Source of the DNA: Gemmatimonadota bacterium
GTDB lineage: Bacteria; Gemmatimonadota; Gemmatimonadetes; Palauibacterales; Palauibacteraceae
Direction of reading: 5' to 3'
Assembly (NCBI GenBank): GCA_041610455.1
Contig: JBFIOX010000001.1
Location: forward strand, 1-26,209
Length of the DNA stretch: 26,209 bases
The translations under genes and the position numbers were made by a program. Each line of letters opens with the position of its first letter. Position 1 is the first letter of the stretch. The notes under the pieces were generated by a model. That model made no database searches. It was not told where the DNA came from and worked only from the letters and a program-made list of their open reading frames with translations. Shown here piece by piece: positions 1 through 7,589 of the stretch.

Positions 1-570
1 CCCCTCCGAGGCGGCGCGGGTCCCGGGCTCGAGCCGCAACACCGCGCCCTGGAAAATGCCGCCTTCCGGCCCCGGGGGCCGCGTCGAGAGGGCGAGTGGG
101 CCGTCGGGAAAGCGCGGCTCCAGCAGCCATCCGAGCAGCACGAATCCGAGCGCGACGGAGAGGCCCCATCCGATCGAGAGGCGGCCGGCGAGGCGCTGGT
201 CCGGGCGGAGCACGGCCTCGAGCCGGGGAGCGAGCAGCCCACCGGCGAGCGATCCCGTCCCGTTGAACAGGAGGTCTCCGAGCGAGGCGTCCCGGCCCGG
301 CGTGAAGAACTGGATCGCCTCCACCGAGGCCGACAGGCCCAGGCCGAGCGCCACCAAGATGTCGACGCGCAGTCCCATCCTGCGGCCCGCCAGTCCGAAG
401 GGCACGAACAGCGCCACGTTCAACAGCGCGTCGGCCACCCCCCGATCCCCGCACACGAGGCACAGACCGGGAGTGGTCAGGGTGTTGGGCGAGGGTCGCA
501 GCGTCAGCGCGAGGATGACCCCGCACCAGGCGAGCATGGTCCACGCTGCGAGAGGGCGCCACGGCGTCAC
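1..570 (-). CDS. VanZ-family membrane protein (3'-truncated by window edge)
   Basis: Not in the ORF track. Manual translation from GTG at 570 (1 nt after the TAG of the upstream gene) gives VTPWRPLAAWTMLAWCGVILALTL...DALLNVALFVPFG...VEAIQFFTPGRDASLGDLLFNGTG. The N-x-x-L-F-x-P-x-G and E-x-x-Q...P-G-R...D-L-x-x-N motifs are typical of VanZ-like proteins. The frame stays open to position 1. Confidence 0.8.
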   Translation of the reverse strand, partial: MTPWRPLAAWTMLAWCGVILALTLRPSPNTLTTPGLCLVCGDRGVADALLNVALFVPFGLAGRRMGLRVDILVALGLGLSASVEAIQFFTPGRDASLGDLLFNGTGSLAGGLLAPRLEAVLRPDQRLAGRLSIGWGLSVALGFVLLGWLLEPRFPDGPLALSTRPPGPEGGIFQGAVLRLEPGTRAASEG

Positions 571-571
571 G

Positions 572-2203
572 CTACGAATCCGGCACCGCGTCTCCGGCCG
601 CTTCGCTCCCATCGGGCGACGGCGCCGCCCGTGCGGGGGCGGAATCCGGGGGTTCCCGAAGCGGGACCAACTCCTCGCGGACCGCTCGACACGCGTCGTT
701 CGCGATCCCGGCATCGGGCGGGTGGACCCGGAGCAGCCAGGTGTGGGGCGGCTCGGAGTGCACGACGGTCAGGCGCCGGCACGCCCGCTCGGCGAGGAGC
801 GACAGGGCGTTGATCCCCGCGTACGTGGTCGAGATGAGGATGTAATCGACGCCGGTCAGGACCCGATCCGCTCCCTCCGACTCGATGTCCGCGACGTCGG
901 GGTAGGGCACCGTGAGATTGCCCGTGTAGTAGTGCAGGACCTCGCCGCGAGCCATGACCACCGCCTCCCTGGGCGCCTGGCGGCGGACGAAGTCGATCGC
1001 CCGTCCCACCGCCAGCTCGCCCTCCCGCACGCACTGCGGGGTGCGGGAGAAGATCGAGCCATCGCAACTCAGCGCCCGAGCCGCGTGTACCGTGCCGGAC
1101 GCGACGAGGACGAGCGCCACGGCGATCGCGGCCGGCCGCGCCGCGGCGGGGCGGACGCGTCGCGCGATCGCGGCGGCGCCGATCACGCCGGCCGGGAGGA
1201 GCACGGGAAGGATGGGCACGAGCAACCGGAGCTCGGTGAACGGCCACACGAGGAGGACGAGCGCGTAGGCCACCAGGAACAGCCCCACCGACGGAATGCG
1301 GCGCCCGATGATCCAGCACCCGACGACCATCGCGAGCGTGAGCGGCACCCACGCGAGATTGTCGAGCCACGTGGACCCGGTGAGCGGCAGGCCGAGCGCT
1401 TCGGGAAGCTGGCTCCCGGCCGCCGTGGCGATCTTCGAGGTCAGGGAGAAGGGCAGGGTGCGCCACAGCGGGGCGTCAGGCAGCTTGTAGGCCGCGAGGC
1501 GCGAGGCGTAGGTGAACGCGTCGTCGGTCTCCTGCGTCGTCCACAGGAACCAGGCCCCGAGGCATACCGTGGCGACCGCCGCCAGGGCCAGCACCGCCCC
1601 CAGACGGCGTCGCAGCAGCCAGAACGCCCCCGCCGCCAGCACGACGGCACCGCCCGCGGTCCGCGTCAGCGCGCACAAGACGGCCGTCGCGATGGCGAGC
1701 GCCACGCCCGCGCGGCCGGGGCGCCGGTCGAGCAGCCACAGCGTCGCCGCGGCGAAGAAGATCATCGCCGCCTCCGAGAGCAAGCGACCGCCGGTCGTGA
1801 GGAGGTGGGGATTCACGGCCATCAGGAACACGGCCACGAAGGCGAATCGGGTCGAGGCGTGGACCGCCGCGAGGTGGGCGACGAGCGCCAGGGCGCCCGT
1901 CATGAGCGCGATCCCGAGGACGGAGAGCGTCGCCGGCGCATCCCCGAACACGCTTCCCCACAGCGACAGGAGGAGCGGATAGACGGGTGGGTAGGTCGTG
2001 TGCGGCGGGGTGCCTACCAGGAACAGATCGTCGTAGCGCAACGACCGCAGCGCCCGCGCCAGCAAGGCGTAATCCGCATCGTCGCCGCCCCAGAAGATGC
2101 CCCGCTGCCGCCCGTAGAAGGCGGCGGCGGCGTAGGCCACCAGGACCCCGCCGATGAGCCAGCGCCAGACGCGGTCGGGCGCGCGAAGCCCGGCGGGATC
2201 CAT
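572..2203 (-). CDS. GT-C fold membrane glycosyltransferase (ArnT/PMT/GT39-like)
   Basis: Many TM segments, an acidic GDDADY motif after TM1, YPPxYP, NP and LSE motifs, and a soluble C-terminal domain. ATG at 2203 is preferred over the in-frame TTG at 2206. Confidence 0.75.
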   Translation of the reverse strand: MDPAGLRAPDRVWRWLIGGVLVAYAAAAFYGRQRGIFWGGDDADYALLARALRSLRYDDLFLVGTPPHTTYPPVYPLLLSLWGSVFGDAPATLSVLGIALMTGALALVAHLAAVHASTRFAFVAVFLMAVNPHLLTTGGRLLSEAAMIFFAAATLWLLDRRPGRAGVALAIATAVLCALTRTAGGAVVLAAGAFWLLRRRLGAVLALAAVATVCLGAWFLWTTQETDDAFTYASRLAAYKLPDAPLWRTLPFSLTSKIATAAGSQLPEALGLPLTGSTWLDNLAWVPLTLAMVVGCWIIGRRIPSVGLFLVAYALVLLVWPFTELRLLVPILPVLLPAGVIGAAAIARRVRPAAARPAAIAVALVLVASGTVHAARALSCDGSIFSRTPQCVREGELAVGRAIDFVRRQAPREAVVMARGEVLHYYTGNLTVPYPDVADIESEGADRVLTGVDYILISTTYAGINALSLLAERACRRLTVVHSEPPHTWLLRVHPPDAGIANDACRAVREELVPLREPPDSAPARAAPSPDGSEAAGDAVPDS

Positions 2204-2218
2204 CAAGCGCGAGCGCGC

Positions 2219-3991
2219 CTAGCCTTGTGCCGCCCCGAGCGACTCACGCGATTCTCGGGGTCGCGGATCGCGCGTGAGGCTGCCCTGGTCCAGTTCGTAG
2301 ACGAGGTCCGCCACGCCCCTCAGCGCATGCTGGTGCGAGATGGCGAGGATGGTCACGTCACCCCGAAGCCGCCCCAGCGTGCGCATGATCGCCGCCTCCG
2401 TGGCCGGATCGAGGGCCGTGGTCGCCTCGTCCAGCATGAGGAGTCGCGGACTGCCGAGCAGCGCCCGGGCGATCGCCAGCCGCTGGCGCTGGCCGCCCGA
2501 GAGCTTGGACCCCCGCTCGCCGATCACGGTGTCCACGCCTTCGGGCAACGCTTCCACGAAGTTCCAGGCGTCGGCCTGCTCGAGCGCGACGCGCACGCGC
2601 GCGGGATCGGCGTCGTCGCCGCTCACCCAGACGTTTCGGAGCACCGTATCGTGAAACAGAATGGTGTCCTGCGGAACGTACCCGATCCGGCGCCGCCAGG
2701 CGCGCATGTCCAGCTCGCCGAGCGGCACGCCATCGACGAAGATCTCGCCCGAGTCGGGGCGGTAGAGTCCCGCGACGAGGTCCAGGATGGTGGTCTTGCC
2801 GGCCCCGGACGGACCCACGATCGCGACGAACGCGCCCGCCGGCACGTGCAACGACACGTCGCTCAAGATGGGCCGCTCGCCGTACGAGAAGGACACCGAC
2901 TCGACGTCGAGTCGGTCCTTGAGGGGTGGCGGCGTTCGCGTGCCGGGGGCCGGCTCCGCCATGGCCTCGGCTTCGCGCGTGAGCGCATCGAGGGACCAGA
3001 AGGCGCTCTCGCCCACCACGAGCACCTCGTACTCCAGCTGCACGAAGTGGAAGCGACCGGCCAGCCGGTGGAACAGGAAGGCGATCACGAGGATCTCGGC
3101 GAACGTGACCGCGCCCCACGTGACGGCCCCCAACAGGCCCACCGCAATGATGAGGATCAGCACGGGCTCCTGGAACGAGCGGAGCGACTCGGCCGCCACG
3201 ACCTGTCGCTGCTCGGCCTCCTGGAGCGCCGCGATGTCGTCGCGCACGAGCTCGCCGAACTTTTCCTCCCGTCCCATGGCCTTGATCGGCTTGACGCTCT
3301 GCAGCGCATCGGTCAGCCTGGCGAGCAGGGACTTCATGCTGTCTGTCTGGGCGTCCCCCGCCCGCCGGCTCACGCTCAGGAACGACGCCAGGATTCCGGC
3401 CGCGATCGCTCCCAGCGCGACCGACGCGAGCGCGATCTTCCACGAGATCAACACGATCAACGCTGCGTAGATGGGGATCTGGATCGCCCCGGCGAGCGCC
3501 GAGCACGCGCGTCGATACGAGCCGGCCGCGCGCTGGGCCTCCGTGCTGATCGCGTTGGGGAAATAACCCGTCGGCTGGCTCGTGAAGTAGCTCCAGCGCA
3601 CGCGCATGAGCGCGTTGATCAGCCGCTCGCGCATGTCGCGCGCGACCTTCGCCACGCTGTATCCCGCGTGCCGCATGGCGAGCCAGCGAAAGCAGGCCTT
3701 GAGGAAGATGGCCACCACCACCGTGGCGAGCAGCGCCGGCAGCGTGATCGGGATGTGCAGCAACTCCAGCATCGACCGCACGGCTTCGGATACGGCGTCG
3801 CTGCCGGGCTGCGCGGCGGTGGGGGAGGTCGCCTGCTGCTCCACGCCGGCGCTCAGCACGGGCAGGAGGGCGGCGATACCGATGCCTTCGGCCAGCCCGG
3901 ACAGCAGGAGCAGCGCCACCATGACGGCCGAACGGCGCGGATACTCCCGCACGAAGCGGGCGATGAAGTCTCGGCTCTGACGGTTCAGCAA
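2219..3991 (-). CDS. ABC exporter, fused TMD-NBD (MsbA/PglK/HepA-like)
   Basis: N-terminal TM domain, Walker A GPSGAGKT, Q-loop VPQD, signature LSGGQ, Walker B LMLDE, H-loop ISH. TTG start. Confidence 0.92.
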   Translation of the reverse strand: MLNRQSRDFIARFVREYPRRSAVMVALLLLSGLAEGIGIAALLPVLSAGVEQQATSPTAAQPGSDAVSEAVRSMLELLHIPITLPALLATVVVAIFLKACFRWLAMRHAGYSVAKVARDMRERLINALMRVRWSYFTSQPTGYFPNAISTEAQRAAGSYRRACSALAGAIQIPIYAALIVLISWKIALASVALGAIAAGILASFLSVSRRAGDAQTDSMKSLLARLTDALQSVKPIKAMGREEKFGELVRDDIAALQEAEQRQVVAAESLRSFQEPVLILIIAVGLLGAVTWGAVTFAEILVIAFLFHRLAGRFHFVQLEYEVLVVGESAFWSLDALTREAEAMAEPAPGTRTPPPLKDRLDVESVSFSYGERPILSDVSLHVPAGAFVAIVGPSGAGKTTILDLVAGLYRPDSGEIFVDGVPLGELDMRAWRRRIGYVPQDTILFHDTVLRNVWVSGDDADPARVRVALEQADAWNFVEALPEGVDTVIGERGSKLSGGQRQRLAIARALLGSPRLLMLDEATTALDPATEAAIMRTLGRLRGDVTILAISHQHALRGVADLVYELDQGSLTRDPRPRESRESLGAAQG

Positions 3992-4061
3992 GGATCAGCC
4001 ATCGTTGCCGGCCTGGGTCCGTAGGGGCATGTGTCCCGGGAATATACCGCCCTCACGCCCG

Positions 4062-4077
4062 AGCACATCCCGTGCCC
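4062..4077 (-). promoter_or_regulatory. Candidate sigma54 (-24/-12) promoter for the ABC/GT-C/VanZ unit
   Basis: Minus strand reads GGGCAC-GGGAT-GTGCT. GG-N10-GC spacing is correct, with GTGC instead of TTGC at -12. It lies ~70 nt upstream of the ABC start and points towards it. Confidence 0.4.
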
Positions 4078-4361
4078 GGATCCGGCGCGCTCCGGCCCGC
4101 CGCTCCGGGGCGTCGCGGAGCGGACCTCGGGCCGCCGCCGACGCGGGGTGCGGCCGCCAGGGTCGCCAAGGGGGCGGGCCAAGGGATTCACGGTGCGGTG
4201 AGCGTCCCGAGGGCTGCGGGCCGCCCGACCCGGCGAGACCGGGGCCTGACGCGCCCGGACCGTGGCCGCGGGACCACAGCCGCGGCCTACGTCGGCGACC
4301 GGCCCATGGGATGGCAGAACGGGCGCGAGGCGCGCCCGGGATCATGCCGTTCGAGGGAGAC

Positions 4362-4391
4362 GCGGGCGGGGAGCCGCGGCCCCCCGCCCGC
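4362..4391 (-). terminator. Strong hairpin just downstream of the Ig/beta-helix gene (no U-tract)
   Basis: GCGGGCGGGG (4362-4371) pairs with CCCCGCCCGC (4382-4391), 15 nt after the stop codon at 4407. Confidence 0.4.
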
Positions 4392-4406
4392 CAGATGGGT
4401 CCCGAG

Positions 4407-7220
4407 CTACCGCACCACGCCCGCGGTGGCGGCGTCCACCGCCGCCTTGTCCGCGCCCACGCCGGTGGGTCGGGTCGTCGGGCAAGACCAACCCGCTTCG
4501 CCCGAGTAGTTCCCGCAATTGTCGCCCACCGCGTAGTTGGCGGTGAACGTGTACGTGCTCCCGTACCACTGCGAGATCGCCCGGTTGCGCAGACCGTACG
4601 CCGTGCTCCCCTCGTGCAGCATGTTCTCGATCAGGAGGTTCTCGCCACTCACGTCCGTGACCTCGACCGACGTGTGCACGCCGGGGTTGATGGACGTGAT
4701 GTTCCGGATCGTCAGGTTGTGCGGACCGAGGATCTGGAACGTGCGTGACGTGGCGTCACCGTAATCCCCGTTCGGCCCGAGCTTCTCGATGATGACGTTC
4801 TCGATCAGCACGTCCTTGAGCGGCGTCGCTTCGGCGATCCCCGCGTTGAGCGAGAAGCCCATGTCCACGTTCCGCAGGATGTTGCGCTCGAACGTCACGT
4901 GCGCGGTGGGCGCGAACGAGGCGTCCTGCGCCTCCGGCGACGATTTCAACACGATCGAGGGCCCGTGCTGTCCGTCCCGCCAGTGGTTCTCGAACACGTT
5001 GCCCCAGATGTGGATGCGGAAGCCCGACTTGAGCTCGAACAGGTTCTTGATGACCCAGGGACCGCCGTGCCAGGACTTCGGGTGCCGCACGTGGTTGCGC
5101 GCGAACGTGATGTCCTGAGGCACGTTCGAGGCGCCCGAGATCCCCGCGCCGCCCGACATGAAGTTCTCCGAGCTGCCCTCGAGCAGGTTCTCGTAGATGA
5201 GGATCGGGCCAGGGGTGTTCCACACGAGCACGGCCTGGGAATCGAACCCCCTCTGGTGGCACTCCGTGACCACGGAGCGCAACAGCGCGAAGCCGGCCAC
5301 GTTGGCCATGAAGCAGCGCCGCAGGTCCCAGTTCGGATCGCCGGCGTGCACGTAGACGCGATCGAACACCATGCGGTTGATGACATCCGTCGCCGGGCTC
5401 GGGTGCAGGGCCACCATGGCGGTCGTGCCGTCCCAGCCGCCCGTGATCTCCAGCGTCTCGAAGCGCCAGCCGTGATCCCCGGGCTCGGAGGCGGACACCG
5501 TCGAGCAGACCGTTCCCGTGCAGGTCAGGACCGGGAAGTTCAGCGTCGAGTCGACGCGCACGTCCTTGGCCACGCTGGGCATGTCGCCCCGGATGGTCAC
5601 CCAGCCGCCGTCGTTGCGGGCGGGCAGGGTGAAGCCCTGCGAGCGGCTGTACGTCGTCCCGGGCGTGAGCAGGATCTCGTCCCCGGCCACGGCGTTGTCG
5701 ATGGCCGATTGGAGCTCCGCCGCCGTGGTCGCCCGGACGGTGCGGGTGGCGGTCGGCCTCACCGTATCGGGGATGGCGCGGGGCAGCTCCGGTCGGGACC
5801 AGCTCTCCGACGGCGGTGGCGCGCCGCCCCCGCCCCCGAGCTCCACCCAGATGGAGGCGGTGTCCTCCACCGCGCAGGCCGCGACCACGATGAGCGCGGT
5901 CCCCGCCGCATGGCCGATCACGCGCCCCACGGAATTCACTGTGGCCACTCCTGTCTCGGTGCTCCGCCAGGACGGGTTCGGACACTCGGCGTCCTGCCCG
6001 TTGGCGTCCTTCGGATAGATGGCGAGATGGGTCGAGTCATTGAGGCTCGGAATCGTGTCCGCGCTAGGCGTGACGTTGAGATCGATCTCTCCCACCCCGA
6101 CCGTGGCGAAGCCCTTCGCCCCGTTCGAGGCCGTGGCCGCGATCTGGGCCGTACCGGAGCCCTTCGCGGTCACTAGTCCGTTATCATCGACGTCCGCCAC
6201 GCCCGGACGGTCACTGCTCCATGTGAAACTGGAGCCTGGGACCTCGTGACCTTCGGCGTCAAGCCCGGACGCGGTGAGCTGTACGGCCTGCTCGGGGGCG
6301 CCCAGCGAGGTGTTGGCGGGGTCGATATCCACCGTCTCGACCATCTGCTCGACCACGATCTGGGCCCAACCCGCGCGCCCACGGTCACTTGCGGTGATGT
6401 CGGCGTTCCCCTCGGCGTGGGCCGTCACCACGCCGTTCTGGTCCACGGACGCCACGGATGGGTCCGAGCTCGTCCAGTTGAATCCGCTCGTCTGGGTGGT
6501 GTTACCGTCGGCGTCGGTGGCGGTGGCGGTCATCTGGACCTGGGCGCCGAGCGCCTTCAGGGTGTCCAGACCGGGCTCGATCGTGATGATGTTCTTGCCG
6601 CGGCGCACCTTCACCTGGCTCGAGTCGGAGCGGCCGCGCTTGCTGGCGAAGATCCTGACGTCGCCCTCGGCGCGCGCCGTGACCGTGCCCTGTTCGTCGA
6701 CCGAAACGACCCTCGCATCGGCGCTCCGCCACTGCACGGTGTTGCGCGGGACGCGGAAGCCGTTCTTGTCGCGGGCCTCGAAGCTCAGGGTGCGCCGCTG
6801 CCCGATCGCCTGGAGCGTGTCCTCGCGGGGCGAGACGGCGAAGAGCACGGGAACCTGGTCGACCTGGACCTTGGCACGCGCCCGGTCTCCGCTCGCGGAC
6901 ACCTCGATGGTGGCCGTGCCCTGAGAGACCGAGATCACGCGGCCGGCCCCGTCGATCTGCACGATGTCGGGGTCCAGGCTGCGCCATACGAAGCGGTTGA
7001 GATTGGAGGGCCGACCCTGGCCGTCGGTGCGCTGCGCGCGCAGCTGGCCGATCTCGGCGAGCGCATCGAGGTCCAGCCGCGACGGGAGGATCTTGATCTC
7101 GGACTTCTGAATCGGTACGGGGCCGAGGTGCTCCTCTCCCGTGCAACCGATGAACAGCCCGATGCCGATCGCTGCCAGCGCACCCCAGGTGCCCTTAGAG
7201 GGCGTCCGTCCGATACGCAT
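4407..7220 (-). CDS. Predicted lipoprotein with 5 Big_2-type Ig-like repeats and a C-terminal right-handed beta-helix (pectin-lyase-like) domain
   Basis: Signal peptide ending LFIGC (Cys codon 7145-7143). Five ~85-aa repeats with W-x-S-x-D...V-x-V-D-x-x-G-x-V-T-A. A GGGGGAPPP linker. Then ELQSAIDNAVAGDEILL and Asn/Ile-rich repeats (ENLLE, RNHV, GNVFEN, RNILRN) typical of parallel beta-helices. Start is ATG 7220 or GTG 7229. Confidence 0.8.
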   Translation of the reverse strand: MRIGRTPSKGTWGALAAIGIGLFIGCTGEEHLGPVPIQKSEIKILPSRLDLDALAEIGQLRAQRTDGQGRPSNLNRFVWRSLDPDIVQIDGAGRVISVSQGTATIEVSASGDRARAKVQVDQVPVLFAVSPREDTLQAIGQRRTLSFEARDKNGFRVPRNTVQWRSADARVVSVDEQGTVTARAEGDVRIFASKRGRSDSSQVKVRRGKNIITIEPGLDTLKALGAQVQMTATATDADGNTTQTSGFNWTSSDPSVASVDQNGVVTAHAEGNADITASDRGRAGWAQIVVEQMVETVDIDPANTSLGAPEQAVQLTASGLDAEGHEVPGSSFTWSSDRPGVADVDDNGLVTAKGSGTAQIAATASNGAKGFATVGVGEIDLNVTPSADTIPSLNDSTHLAIYPKDANGQDAECPNPSWRSTETGVATVNSVGRVIGHAAGTALIVVAACAVEDTASIWVELGGGGGAPPPSESWSRPELPRAIPDTVRPTATRTVRATTAAELQSAIDNAVAGDEILLTPGTTYSRSQGFTLPARNDGGWVTIRGDMPSVAKDVRVDSTLNFPVLTCTGTVCSTVSASEPGDHGWRFETLEITGGWDGTTAMVALHPSPATDVINRMVFDRVYVHAGDPNWDLRRCFMANVAGFALLRSVVTECHQRGFDSQAVLVWNTPGPILIYENLLEGSSENFMSGGAGISGASNVPQDITFARNHVRHPKSWHGGPWVIKNLFELKSGFRIHIWGNVFENHWRDGQHGPSIVLKSSPEAQDASFAPTAHVTFERNILRNVDMGFSLNAGIAEATPLKDVLIENVIIEKLGPNGDYGDATSRTFQILGPHNLTIRNITSINPGVHTSVEVTDVSGENLLIENMLHEGSTAYGLRNRAISQWYGSTYTFTANYAVGDNCGNYSGEAGWSCPTTRPTGVGADKAAVDAATAGVVR
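5844..7103 (-). repeat. Five tandem Ig-like (Big_2) protein repeats
   Basis: Repeats visible in the translation: FVWRSLDPDIVQIDGAG, VQWRSADARVVSVDEQG, FNWTSSDPSVASVDQNG, FTWSSDRPGVADVDDNG, PSWRSTETGVATVNSVG. Confidence 0.85.
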
Positions 7221-7328
7221 CCCCACCACCCCTTCCAGTTTCCGAGCTCATCGCGCGCCAGACATCGGTCTGGCCTGGAACCCCCTGCGCCGGGGACGCA
7301 GCCGCGGCGGGGGGCAGCGACTCGGGTC

Positions 7329-7344
7329 GGCAAGCGTTGTGCCC
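7329..7344 (-). promoter_or_regulatory. sigma54 (-24/-12) promoter for the Ig/beta-helix gene
   Basis: Minus strand reads GGGCAC-AACGC-TTGCC, matching the core GGCAC-N5-TTGC. It is ~100-110 nt upstream of the start, in a locally AT-richer intergenic segment. Confidence 0.65.
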
Positions 7345-7456
7345 ATCCAACAATCGGGGATTCGCGATGCTTCAAGTCACAGCGACAGAATGGGTTGCAT
7401 CACTTCATCCGTAGTGGCACGATTCTTGGCTCGCCGGTCCTGCGGGGGGAGCTGTG

Positions 7457-7498
7457 AAAAAAGGTCAGATGCCGACCCGGTGCGGAGGGGGGTCGGCA
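7457..7498 (-). terminator. Inverted repeat plus T6: candidate intrinsic terminator of the wzc-asnB operon (or activator site)
   Basis: TGCCGACCC (7470-7478)-N11-GGGTCGGCA (7490-7498). On the minus strand TTTTTT (7462-7457) follows after 7 nt. Confidence 0.45.
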
Positions 7499-7589
7499 AG
7501 TTGTAGCGTGCGCGGTGACTTGGGGGCCGGCCCGGCGCCTCGGAGGCGCCGGCCGCCGATCGGGGGCCGCGGAGGGTGCGGCTCCGGTC

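Noticed and set aside
56-4024. 1322-aa plus-strand ORF
   Set aside because: Antisense shadow of three real minus-strand genes; Arg/Gly/Pro-rich with no motifs. Long stop-free antisense frames are expected at this GC content.
4407-4500. PEP-CTERM or other C-terminal sorting signal on the Ig/beta-helix protein
   Set aside because: The C-terminus (GADKAAVDAATAGVVR) has no PEP motif, TM helix or basic tail.
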